Of a DNA stretch of 64,000 nt, positions 39,239 through 51,391 are shown piece by piece. Each line of letters starts with the position of its first letter. The first letter of the stretch is position 1. A program made the translations under genes and the position numbers. Source of the DNA: Adineta vaga. Taxonomy: Eukaryota > Animalia > Rotifera. The stretch is from the NCBI GenBank assembly GCA_021613535.1, contig CP075494.1, forward strand, positions 6,386,001 through 6,450,000. The letters run 5' to 3'. Under the pieces are notes generated by a model. It was not told the DNA's origin and searched no databases. It was given only the letters and a program-made list of their open reading frames with translations.

Positions 39239-42200
39239 ATGACATCAATGATGATAGATGAAGCCAATGGAAATCATGATGAACTATCAAATTCCGCAAA
39301 AGTTGTGAAATTTTCGAATTTATGTAATTTACTTGAAAGAATTTCGAAAAGTCAGGGTGCGATTGCTAAACAAAAGCTTATGACACGATTTATCTGTGAT
39401 TGGCGGAAAACACATAAAGAAGTTCATGCAAATGATTCGTCAGTTGTAGTACCCGCTCCTATAACAACAGCTGATGGACAAACAGCTACTGGTGGTGTTA
39501 CTGGAGCATCACCAACAATTCTGCAAGATTCATTCTATCCAATTTTACGTTTACTTTTACCACAATCTGATCGAGAACGTATTGCATATGGTCTTAAAGA
39601 AAGTAAACTTGGTAAACATTTAGTTGAAGTACTTAGTATTTCAAAAGATAGTGATGATGGAAAGAAATTGTAAGTAAAAGTTTATCTTTCTAGTTCATAG
39701 TTGTTATTTTATTTTTATATAATTCAGATTGAATTTTCGTGTACAGAAGAACACACGTACTCAGAAAGGAAGTGACTTTGCTGAAGTTGCTTATTATGTA
39801 TTAAAAAATCGTTGTAATGAAGACGTAACAATGAGTATTTGGGAAATTAATAAGATTTTGGATGAAATTGCTGTAGAAAATGGAAAAGGAAAGGAAGGTC
39901 AAAAGGTATGTGTAAATCTTCTCTTTTTCTAATAACTAAAGAGAATGCTGTTTCTTTAGATTATCGATCATCGTCTGACATATTTACTGCGTCATCTCAG
40001 TGCTCTGGAATTGAAATGGTTAATTCGTATTTTATTAAAAGATTTACGTGTATCTTTAAAAGAAAATTCCATTCTTGAATGTTTCCATCCTGATGCCAAA
40101 GATCTATTTGATCATACAAGTAATTTATTTAAAGTAGCTGTTTATTTACATGATCCTGAAAAACGTCTTCATGAAATTGGCCTTAGTTTATTTTCACCAT
40201 TTCGACCTATGCTTGGTAAACAAAAACCGATTCGAATCTAAAGAATTTCATAGAAAAATATCGATTCTATTTAGGTGAAAGAACCCGTGCTGATAAAATT
40301 GAACAATTAATTCGAAAAAAATCAACTAATCCATCAGCTGCTCTTGCAGAATTCTATATTGAAACAAAATATGATGGTGATCGTTTTCAATTACATCGTG
40401 ATAAAGATCAATTTATGTATTTCTCACGTAATGGTCATGATTATACCAATGTTTTTGGACCTGATGCAAATAATATCGGTACATTAACACCATATATTGC
40501 GAATACATTCAAAATCGATTGTGAAAAATGTATCATAGGTAAATTTTTCATTTCATCGGTTTGTTTTCAAGGAAATAAGTTATTTTTTTTCAAATGAATT
40601 TTTTTAGATGGTGAAATGGTTATTTATAATCGAAATGAAAAAATTATACATTCCAAAGGTGATAGCTTTGATGTGAAAACTATTCAAGCCAATGATTCTC
40701 AATTGCAACCATGTTTTATTGTATTCGACATTTTAATGTACAATGATGAAGTTCTAACAAATAAACCATTGAATGAACGTTTACAATATTTACATAAGAA
40801 AATTCTTGAACCAATCGAAGGACGAATTATATTCTCAGCTATTAAACCCGGTGCATGTAATCAAGATGTTATTAATGAATTAAACTTAGCAATTGAAGAA
40901 CGACAAGAAGGTATTGTTGTCAAAGATCCGTGGGCTGTTTATAAACCAAATGTTCGAGAAAATGGTGGTTGGTATAAAGTATGTAGATGAAATCATTGAA
41001 TATTAAAGATAAACATACTATGTTTGATTTTAGATCAAACCAGATTATACTATTGGTAAGATCTAATCAAGTAATTATCGGATATTTAAATGTATTTATT
41101 CTAGGTCTTAATGACGAAATCGATTGCTTGATTGTTGGTGGTTATTTTGGTACTGGTCGTTTACGTGCTGGTATGCTTTCTCATTTTCTTTGCTGTGCTG
41201 TTGTAAAACAAAGTAATACAACAAATAATTCCGAACCAAAAAATCCCGATGATGAAAATGCAACAACATCAACACAATGTAAAGTTGATGTTCGTGATTT
41301 TCTATATTATACATTCTGTAAGATTGGTTCTGGTTATACACATAAAGAATTACTGGATTTCAATAATCGTTTTGCAAATAAATGGAAACCATGGTCGAAA
41401 AAGACTGCACCATCCTATATCTTATGTACACATGAAAAACCTGATGTATGGATTGAACCAAACGATTCATGTATTGTTCAAGTTAAAGCAACAGAATTTA
41501 TGACATCGGATAAATATAAATGTGGTTTTACATTACGTTTTCCACGTTTAGAAAAATTTCGCGAAGATAAAGCTTGGTATGAATGTGTGACTTATCAAGA
41601 ATTAATCGATTTACGAGAGAGAAATTCCGGCAAATTAGCATCACGTTTTATGGAAAATGATTTAAATGATGATGGACAACAAACAATAACTATGACAAGA
41701 CAATTACAAAACAAATCTCGACAACAAGCTAAACCAACGGTTGATTCACGTTTTCGTGGTATTGATCAACAAGCTGTTAAACAAACCGGACATTTCTTAT
41801 CAAATTTACAATTTTGTGTTATGGAAGGTAATGCTAAATATAGTAAAGCTGATTTAGAAAAGCTGATTTATGAAAATGGTGGAACTTGTGTACAAAATGC
41901 AGTTTCCAAAACACATTGTGTCATTACAGGTAATCAAATCTAGATAATTTATTTCAAATATTCATGAACAATTCTTTTTTTGTTTTTATTTCATTTAGAT
42001 AATCCGTCTAGTATTCGTCTCCGTACATTGATTAAAAATAGACAATATGATATTGTCCATATTGCCTGGTTAGTTCGCTGTATTGAACACAAAGAATTAC
42101 TTCCATATTATTTATCTGATTTAATTTCTTGTACTGATAAAACACGTGCAGGTTTGGATTTACTCTATGATGAATTTGGTGATGCCTATTATACAACAAC

Positions 42201-42786
42201 TAATGAACAAGAACTTCGAGAAATATTCAATAGAATGACATCAGCAACACCCATTCCTTCATCACCACCATCTTTACCATCGACACCGAATAAAAAATTA
42301 CCTACAAATAAAAAACGTCGTCTCAATGAACCAGTTCCATTATCTCAAACGACAATTAATATTAGTACAATATCAAATCCATTGAATGAACAAGAAAAAC
42401 TCCGTACATTCATTTCCGAATTTGAAAATGTTTATTTTCCTGATGAATCATCGGATTATGGACTTTTTCGTTTATTCTATATCTATTTCGATCAATATTG
42501 GACTATTGGTGATGAATCAACTCAATTTATCGATTCGAATCATAGTTTAATCATATTAGAAAGTCAATTGCATGGTGCGCGTGTTGCCCATTCAATTACA
42601 TCGGATGTAACTCATGTTATTTGTGCTAAAGCAGATATTGATGACAAGAAAGCTAATGATCGAATAACTCTTTTTAAAAAAATTAATCGTGATCGTTCAA
42701 CTAAATTTCATTTGGTTAGTTATGAATGGATTAAAGCTTGTATTGATAATCAACGTCTTGTAAAAGAACTACCATTTGCTCTGTAG
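39239..42786 (+). CDS. LIG4: DNA ligase IV
   Basis: RLLLPQSDRERIAYGLKE, adenylation motif YIETKYDGDRFQLH, IDGEM, EGIVVK, IKPDY, TLRFPR, two BRCT domains with the inter-BRCT XRCC4-binding segment YDEFGDAYY...ELREIF. Confidence 0.96.
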
Positions 42787-43232
42787 GTATTATTCCTGTT
42801 TGTTTGTTTTTTGCTTTTCTTCCGTTAATTGTATACATTCTTTGTGTATTTGTAATTTCGTTTATCACTGTGAAGTTGATTAATTAAATAATAAACAAGA
42901 ACAAACAGAATATTTTCAAATGTTATTTCAAAACTGTGGTAAAGAATTTGCATTGAGAATAATTATGATGGATAGTTAGTGGATTATTTTATTAAAATCT
43001 TTCAATAGAATCAAAATAAATATCTATGTTTCAAATAAATACAAATAAACCTTATTAGAAGTAACAATGAACTGATGTATGTATTTTTATACAGCGAAAA
43101 AAGAAGAGAAATTATTGAATAATAGTCAGTAATAAAAAAAATAGTAGAGAAAGTTTTCATTTAGAAATCAATCACCCGGTAAAATTAAGAACATAGGATC
43201 ATAAGATGATTAATAATATGAAGATATAGGCT

Positions 43233-43627
43233 TTAGATTGGATCATCAGATAACCCAACAAATTTACGACGAACATCTAAAGAAAAATGTGTTCATTTAA
43301 ATGTCACATATGACAATAGAAAGGATTCTTACATGAATGTCTATTCATATCCTCATCATCGAAACGATTAAATACACGTTTCTGATGTTCTTCTTGTGAT
43401 TCTTGTGATTTATCATCGAATAATCCACGTCGCTTTGCTTCCAATAATAAATCCAAAAGTTTTTCTCCAAACAAATCATTTGAAACCTAGATCGAGTATG
43501 TTAATGATAACATCAAAATCTTTTACCTCTAATTAATCATACTTACACGCTTGCTTTGCCTCGTATCTACCACACTTATTAAACATATAGCCATCATTAT
43601 GGCAAAAACAATAAACTTTGCTTCCAT
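43233..43627 (-). CDS. Secreted prepropeptide A (92 aa), C-terminal peptide FVGLSDDPI
   Basis: Not in the ORF track. Exons 43627-43547, 43486-43333, 43276-43233: MEAKFIVFAIMMAICLISVVDTRQSKR/VSNDLFGEKLLDLLLEAKRRGLFDDKSQESQEEHQKRVFNRFDDEDMNRHS/YVRRKFVGLSDDPI*. Signal peptide and several basic cleavage sites. Confidence 0.8.
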
Positions 43628-46029
43628 CTGTATAAAAAAATAGCACAAATTAGTTATCATCGTATCCAATCATTGACTTACCGATGCAAAATCGTATACG
43701 TTACCAATCGTATAGAAAAAATATGATTCTAATGCAAACAAAAATAATTTCCTTCTCAGTATCGTTTTTAAGAGTTATTGATGCATATCCGTCGATTTAC
43801 TGGTCGTTTTTTTCTACCTTTCTTCATATTCAATGGGTTTTTATACATTTAATGCATAACGTCATCGTCATTCGCCAACTTATCTATCATTGTTTTGAAT
43901 CTCTGTTTTCTTATATGTAATTTCTTTATCCTTCAAAACCGTTACCTAAATGACGTGTACAACTCTATTGTGCTTTTCGTATGTACAAAACATTTTTTCT
44001 ACGTGTGAAATATTTTTGCCCAATGAGTAAAACTGGGTATAATGACTCTTGTCTCTCATGTGAGCAATCAACCTGAGATGATGCAATTTACCTGATAAAT
44101 ATATCAGATACTATTTTGATTATATTAAATAGTATTAATACAGACATGAGAGTTATAAAGCAAGTTTGATATAACTATATACATTCAATTAAATGTATGA
44201 TACATGCTGTTGTTAATTGTATAATAAATTGTCAACAGCTCCATTTTTCGAGTTGATTGATTCTATATATAACATCATTTGTACATGAGTCAATTAATTG
44301 GTATGTATTACATTTTTACTAAACTATCTAGTTTTGATGATAAAAATTTTGCATAATAAACGTTTCGAAAACAAATTGTTTTTTTACAAATTCGAACGAA
44401 ATTATGTCTCAGGTAATATCAGTAGCAATTTGTATGCAAAAATAAGAAACTGAAATCGAACATAAATGAAAAGAGTGTACAGCTCGAGGGTTCCAAGCAG
44501 TCGTAGAGAGCATCATTTCAGTAATTCAATCTGAAAAACAGAAAGGAAAGGAATGTGTCAACAGTTGTTTAAATTTACTCTATCGTCAGATGAAATCTTT
44601 TTCTTCATATTCGTTTTTTTTGTCTTTACAGTACACTCTTGTCGTGTATAATCACAGTCAGTCCAAGTGTGATGTAGAAGAGTCATGAAGTCTATAGAAA
44701 AGTTTCACAAGAAAGATTATATTTCAATTAGGCTAAAAGTATCAAGATTCTCTTTATATTCTAAAGCAAGCTTTTATAAATTTATCTGACAAAATGAAAC
44801 TATCTTCGAGAGATTTTCATTAACATACTCTTGTATTTTAATGCAAGCAGCATTCTGAATCAAAAGACGTATTCTCTGAGATTTTACAGTTGATTCCAGT
44901 CGTTTTACATAGTTAGAATCATCGTTCGGACTACTTTTGAGAAGAGATTACTGTGTTGATTTGTATTAAAATATATGAGCATCCAGAGTTTTATTTCTTT
45001 TCTGGAGACAAATTTGAAAGACTTGGTTTATACTCATATAAAATAGTTATGTTAACCTACTATTACAATTTAGATATCAATTATATCGTCGATTATCTAT
45101 TTGTTCGTTTCTAATGAGTTTTTGGTTGATCAACAATCCTCATCTGTTCATTAATAAATTTAGTTCATTGAGGTGTGTAAATTTTCCTTACTGATATTTT
45201 AGAATTCTTGAATAAAACTAGGATATTCCTTTATCTAAGCTCTATGTAAAATTAGTACAAGAAGGAGCTCAAATGGTATGTGAACAATGCTTTCGTTTAA
45301 TAATCTGGTACCTTGTTGATGTACTTGTATTCAAGTGACTTATCCATGGTCAAAAAATTAATTGATAGTTTTGTGAGCATGATATTTCAATATCAACGTT
45401 CAAAGTTGAAATATATATCATTTGATAAATAAAAAAGAACTTTCGATAGTATCACTTATCAGCATATTCAAACAATACCCTAAAAAATCAATTATAAAAC
45501 AACAAGTACAACAAAATTCTAGGATTAACTTGAGTTCTCTATTAATTAACACGATATCATTTATTCAGACATTTTTTAACCAAACAGGAAGTTACATATC
45601 AGATAAAAGTATTATTTATTCACGGCACACTCAATCTGTTTCATTCTTTCGATCCTTTTCTGTGTGTCTACTGTGGAAAAAAACCATCAAATAAAAATTG
45701 TATTCAATATTAATTAGATATGAATTTGCGTCTTCAAAGATCAAGATAATCTTGAATATTAATGATATTTTTATTAGGATATGCATGGGATAGAAATCGA
45801 TGTATTCGCAAGTAAGACTTCGAATTACTTGTTGTTCTAGGCGATAGTTATGAAAATGACAACAGGAGAAAAAAGAAAAATTTCATTTATATCAGCTGAA
45901 ATGCACGCATTCATTTTTATATCAATAAAAGATGAAATAACTCGAAGATATTCAAATGAAACAAACAAAAAAGACAAAAGATTTAAAAATGAATGAGTAA
46001 TATTCGTTTCAGCAATGATAGAAATTGAA

Positions 46030-46446
46030 TTAAAATGGATTATCGCTAATGCCAACTAATTTTCGGCGAACAACTAAATAAAAAATTGTAGTACAGATAT
46101 TAATCATAAGAAGAAGAAAAAAAGAAAGAAAAGAAGCAAATATCTTACATGTTCGTCCTCGATTTTCTTCATTACTTTCTTGTCGAAATCGATCGAGTTT
46201 GTATCTCGGTGATTCTTCTTTCATTTGTTTATACTTATTTAATAAATATTCACGCCATTTCATTTCAATCAATGTAGTCAATACTTGATCTTCAGATAAA
46301 TACGTTGAAAACTATGAAAAATATAAACGATATTTTCTTCATAAGATTTGTCAGTTTTTACTTACGGTTTTTCGATCGTTGGCATCGATGATGGTTATGA
46401 AACAAGAAGCGATCACAATAGCTAACACAATACTGACAATTTTCAT
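46030..46446 (-). CDS. Secreted prepropeptide B (95 aa), C-terminal peptide LVGISDNPF; paralog of A
   Basis: Exons 46446-46366, 46311-46149, 46073-46030: MKIVSIVLAIVIASCFITIIDANDRKT/FSTYLSEDQVLTTLIEMKWREYLL...ENRGRT/FVRRKLVGISDNPF*. Confidence 0.8.
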
Positions 46447-48932
46447 GGTTTCTTTTGTTTAAAATGGTATCTACAAGATGAAATGAAGAATAAGTAAAGT
46501 AAACAAATTGTTTTTTTTTAAATCTAATCACAAATTTTCATTTGTTCGTATTTATTTACTGATTCATTTTACTACTTACGTCTTTAGTTATTGTTTTTAA
46601 TGTAGAAAAAGAAGAAATTATATATTCGTGCTTGTCGACGTGCAGACAGACTTGCTTTTTTCCTTTCACGCAATAAAATGAATTTAAAAAAAATACAAAT
46701 TGCACAATCGTCTATCGATACAGTTGTTTGAACAACATGATTTGTCATTCATTGTATTATTCGATTATTTGCTGGCAAGAACTGAATCTCATTTATATGT
46801 GATAGAATAGAGAATGATCCTTGTTATAGATTAAAACTGAAATGTAAAAAACTCTAATTGAATATCAAAATAAGATATCAGTTACGAAGTACATGACTAC
46901 TTATGTTGCGAGAGTTTAAAAATATCATCTATGGAGAAGTTGATTACTATTTGTAGTGTTATCAGCAGTGAAGAAGATTCGCTAGAGAATAAAGAGACCT
47001 CTCAGTTCAGTTTTGATCTGTACGGAGATCTTAGTTTTCATCTATATGAAATATCATATCATTGGCATTTTTTCAACTAACAGATAGATTGGAGTTCGAA
47101 ACATCTGATACGCTATAAATAGGAACTTTTCTATTAATAAAGTCTATTATGGCTTACCGAAGTATTCTTGTATGTTGGGATATTAAATTCGATCTTTCTT
47201 TCTTCTCTGTATATATATGGGAAGAAGAGAAAGAGAGAGCGAGAGATACGTATGTGAGTGGGTAGATATGGTAAACTATATGTAGGTGCTCAGCGTTTTA
47301 TTGATCCAAGAGAGAAAAAAATTGCTCAGTATGTTCTTATTTTTAAGTTTTAATAGTTTTCTGCATTGTAACGTCATAAACATGAGCAAACTGCTATGCT
47401 ATATTCGTGATAATGTCAGGTTTTAATTCGATAGCAGGAAAATAAATAAACCCTCAATTTTTCAACTCAGGCGTTTTAAATGATAACTTCTCGATCCAAG
47501 TTTTTCTTTCTAAATAATCCTAAAACTACTTCTATGGAGAATTCTTCATCTCTATTCGAAGAGATAGCAACAGACATAGGTTTCTCTTCACTCAAACAAT
47601 AAAATCATCATCTAGATTACTTTTAATGATAACATATCTTATATCGATTCATCCGATGTGTCATCTAGTAAAATATTCTTTCCTATCCAATTGGAAAGTT
47701 TAACTTCAGTTTTTATTTGGTCACGCATTAATCGGTGTTCATTAATAAAAATTTAACATTCACTACATACGTATGTATGTTAGTCAATATTTTCCGAACT
47801 TGCATGTGATTTCCTGAACTGTTATTGAATTATACTACTGAAAATTGATAGTATAAATATTATTTGTTAATTCAGACGAATATCTATTGAACAGATGCTA
47901 AAATCGTTCCTTTTCCAGCCTCCTCCTCGATCTGGTCTCTTCTCAATTTAAATCAACATAGATTTAATATTATTGCCAGTTCTAGTTATGTATTCCGGAG
48001 GAAACAGACCTTCCAATTATTATTAAAAGTTTAAATTCACTTGTTTTCTTACTCGTTGTATTTGGAAAAGCGAAACCTGTTGAAAAATTCTTTTATCGAT
48101 GATTTGACATATTTGACTGAGCTAAAGATTTTACCAGATACTTGCAAGGGATGTCAATATATATACATGTATAGTAAAAAAATGACTTTTACTAAGTTTA
48201 ATGAATGTGATGAATACTGATGTCTCATGTTTGTCAAGAAACAGAAATCAGGGTAACATTTTCCTTGAAGATCATATTCTCATTCTTTCATAGGACATGA
48301 CTGTTTGCACAAGACGAGTTACCGTTGGCTTGCAGATGATTTGAAGGATCTATTACAATATCCAAAAATCTGACATATACCAGACTTCTTACATGATACT
48401 CATATGTTTTCGAATATCAAAAAAAAGTTACATTTATTATTTAATACCATTTGCATTCGTAAGAGATGTATCGTTATCCAAATATTTATCCGTTTGTCGA
48501 GTATCTGTGTATGCATGTGAAATATTGACGAAACATGATTCAAACAAAGATCGTTTTACAACCTATGTCGTTTTCTATTAATTTTACTACGTTTTAAAAC
48601 AAGCATTTGTCACAATGTATAATCATTGTTCTATCAATAATTTGAAATTAAGAAGATTGCAAATATTCTTTCTATCTTAAGCTCGATCCGTTCAATCGAG
48701 TGTCTAAGGACATCTATAGTTTTGTTCATATGTACATTTCTTATTGGTAGAGAAGACTTTTACCAATTGAAGAAAACATCTACTGTTCTAAATAAGCAAG
48801 CAAATAAATAAATTTTCCTTGGAAGAGATTCACGTGAATTATAACATTATAGATGAAACATACCAACAATTTTCGAGGTCGTCTATTCAATCATCAAGGC
48901 GGCTAATTCACTATTCAGATATATTCTTATCT

Positions 48933-50210
48933 ATGGCTCCTCGCACGAAAAAAATCGTGCGTAAAACACGACGAGATCAAACGGAAATTAGTCGATGTAT
49001 CAAGTAAGACGAAATGAACTTCTTTTCAATTATTATTTCAATCTTCATTATCCTTTGTTTAGATATTTAATGTTTGGTTTTAATATACTCTTTTGGGTAA
49101 ATGAATTTATATTGATTTAGTTTGAATAAATTTGATATTTGTTTCACAGATTCTTGGATTTATGATTGCTGCTATTGGTATTTATGCTTGGATTGAAAAG
49201 GATACTTTTGATAATTTCGGTCGTTTAACAATGGGTGGAACATTATTTTTCGATCCGGCATTACTTTTCGTCCTTGTAGGAATTTTCATGTTCTTTATCG
49301 GATTTACTGGTTGTGTTGGATCATTACGAGAAAATACATGTTTATTACTTTTTGTAAGTAAAAGAAAAAAGGACAGAAAGAAATGAATTCATATATATTA
49401 TTTATTGTAGTTCAGTTTTGCTTTGGCAATAATCTTTTTCATTCAACTTGCCTTTGGTACATTGGTTTTCATCTATCGTGAAAAGGTTGATTTGTTCGAA
49501 TGAAAAAAAAACGAGTTCTTTGATAATAAATATTTCTTTTTTAGGTTAAAAATGAAAGCGAAAAACAACTAATGATTATGGTTCAAAGTTATCGTGATGA
49601 TCCCGATTTACAAAATATGATTGATTGGATTCAACGCGATTGGTTACATTGTTGTGGAGTGAATAATTATCGTAATTGGGAAAGTAATGTTTATTTCAAT
49701 TGTACATCGAAAATTGTTGGAAGTGTCGAAGCATGCGGTGTACCAGCCAGTTGTTGTCGAGCAGAATATTTCCATGTAAGAAACGATAGAAGAAAATTAT
49801 ATCAAATATGAAAGGATTTATGTGATTTTAGAACAATAAACAATGCGGATATGGAACATTAGAGCCAACAGGGGTAAGGATGAGTATTCTTTTGTACAGA
49901 AGATTGAATCGTAACTTTGAATTCATGTTTGTTTTAGGGTACACATATGATTTACACAGAAGGTTGTCTTCCAAAAGCATCTCATTGGTTTGAACGACAT
50001 ATTATACCCGTCGCAATAGTTGTCGCTATTCTTGCTGTTTTACAAGTAATAAAATTTCTTCAAAACAACGTTCATCTATCTACCTTTTTCTTTCTCCACT
50101 AGATTCTTGGTATTTGCTTTGCTCAAAATCTTCGCAATGATATTCTTGCACAAAAAGCGAAATGGTCATGGCATACACATCCAATGATGAATTATTATCG
50201 ACATCAATAA
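48933..50210 (+). CDS. Tetraspanin, TspanC8 subfamily (TSPAN5/17-like, ADAM10 regulator)
   Basis: EISRCIKYLMFGFNILFW, GCVGSLRENTCLL, YRDDPDLQNMID, CCG, WESNVYFNC, CGVPASCC, QCGYG, YTEGC, QILGICFAQNL. Confidence 0.92.
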
Positions 50211-50461
50211 ATAAACAAATCTAGAACATCAATGTCAGATTGAATATCTCTCTTCTTCTTCTTCTCCTCTCAGGAATATAATCAGATCATCATTGTAGAA
50301 ATGCATGTGTATGCCTTTGACTAATCTCAGTGTATTTCTGTAGATATAAACATATATACATTTATAATAAATAGAATTTCTTTTTGGCGTTGTGTTTTTG
50401 TCAGTCTTTAACGAAATGATTATAATTCATATATGATTTTAGAGAGAAGAAAATAATTACA

Positions 50462-51094
50462 ATGGAACCAATTAAAAATGCTTTAGCACAAGCTGGTGAT
50501 TTAGTACAACAAGTAGCACATACAGTTGTCGATGCAATTCGTGGTACTGAAAGTGAAGAAACAGCAACGAATAATGTATGATGAAAGAATTGAACAACGA
50601 TAGAGAAGAAGTATTTATTTTTTAGAATGAAAAATCAAAAGACAAAAAGAATGATGATGACGACGGAGAGAAAACCGAACAAAATATTGATAGTAAACAA
50701 AAGAAATTTGATAAAGAACAAGATGCTACACTTCAAAAAAGTGAAATAACAGCATCATCAGGTGGTTATCGAGATCCTGCTCCACGAGTAATTGATAATA
50801 TAAATGGTTTCAAATGGAAAAGAATATTTTGTTTTTAGAGTGATGCAAAAGTATTAGCAACATCGTGGCCTGATTTGATCGGTAAAACACGTCATGAAGC
50901 AGAAGAATTGATTAAAGCTAAAGGTATGAAGAAGAGAAAAAGATTTCAATATTCTAAGATTCCTTTTTTTAGGTTATTCAAATATCAAAGTTATGAAAAA
51001 AGGTACATCATCAACAACTGAACATGATGAATCACGTGTAATTATCTTCGTCGATGACAATGATGTCGTTGTTGAAGAACCGAAAGTTGGCTAA
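50462..51094 (+). CDS. Potato inhibitor I (MEROPS I13, eglin c/CI-2-like) domain protein with a hydrophilic N-terminal extension
   Basis: Not in the ORF track; 4 exons. The C-terminus TSWPDLIGKTRHEAEELIKAKGYSNIKVMKKGTSSTTEHDESRVIIFVDDNDVVVEEPKVG* follows the WPELVG...RV.LFVD...P.VG pattern. Confidence 0.85.
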
Positions 51095-51391
51095 ATCAAC
51101 GCAAACCAATGAACTGAAAAGAACTTCGTTTTTTTTATACTGTTATTCCAGCTTTAAAAAGCTCTAAAACGCCAATAAACTTATTTGATTCGTTAAATTT
51201 TTCATCGGTGGCAAACAATTTCAGTCTAATATATGTATTTATTTGCTTCGCAAAACAGAAAAAAGTAAAAAATAATTGAATCAAAATGCAAAGGAAATAT
51301 CCAACAACACGGAGAACAACTTTGAAAACTCAGAGTTTATGTTGTTCAAAAATATTCCGGAGTAATATACACATTACTGCAATAATATCAT

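Noticed and set aside
43233-46073. Resemblance of RK[FL]V....[DN]P[IF] to plant CLE peptides (R.VPSGP[DN]PLH) or tachykinin FxGL
   Set aside because: The CLE Pro/Gly core and terminal His are absent, and there is no amidation Gly or FxGLx-amide ending, so this is probably coincidental.
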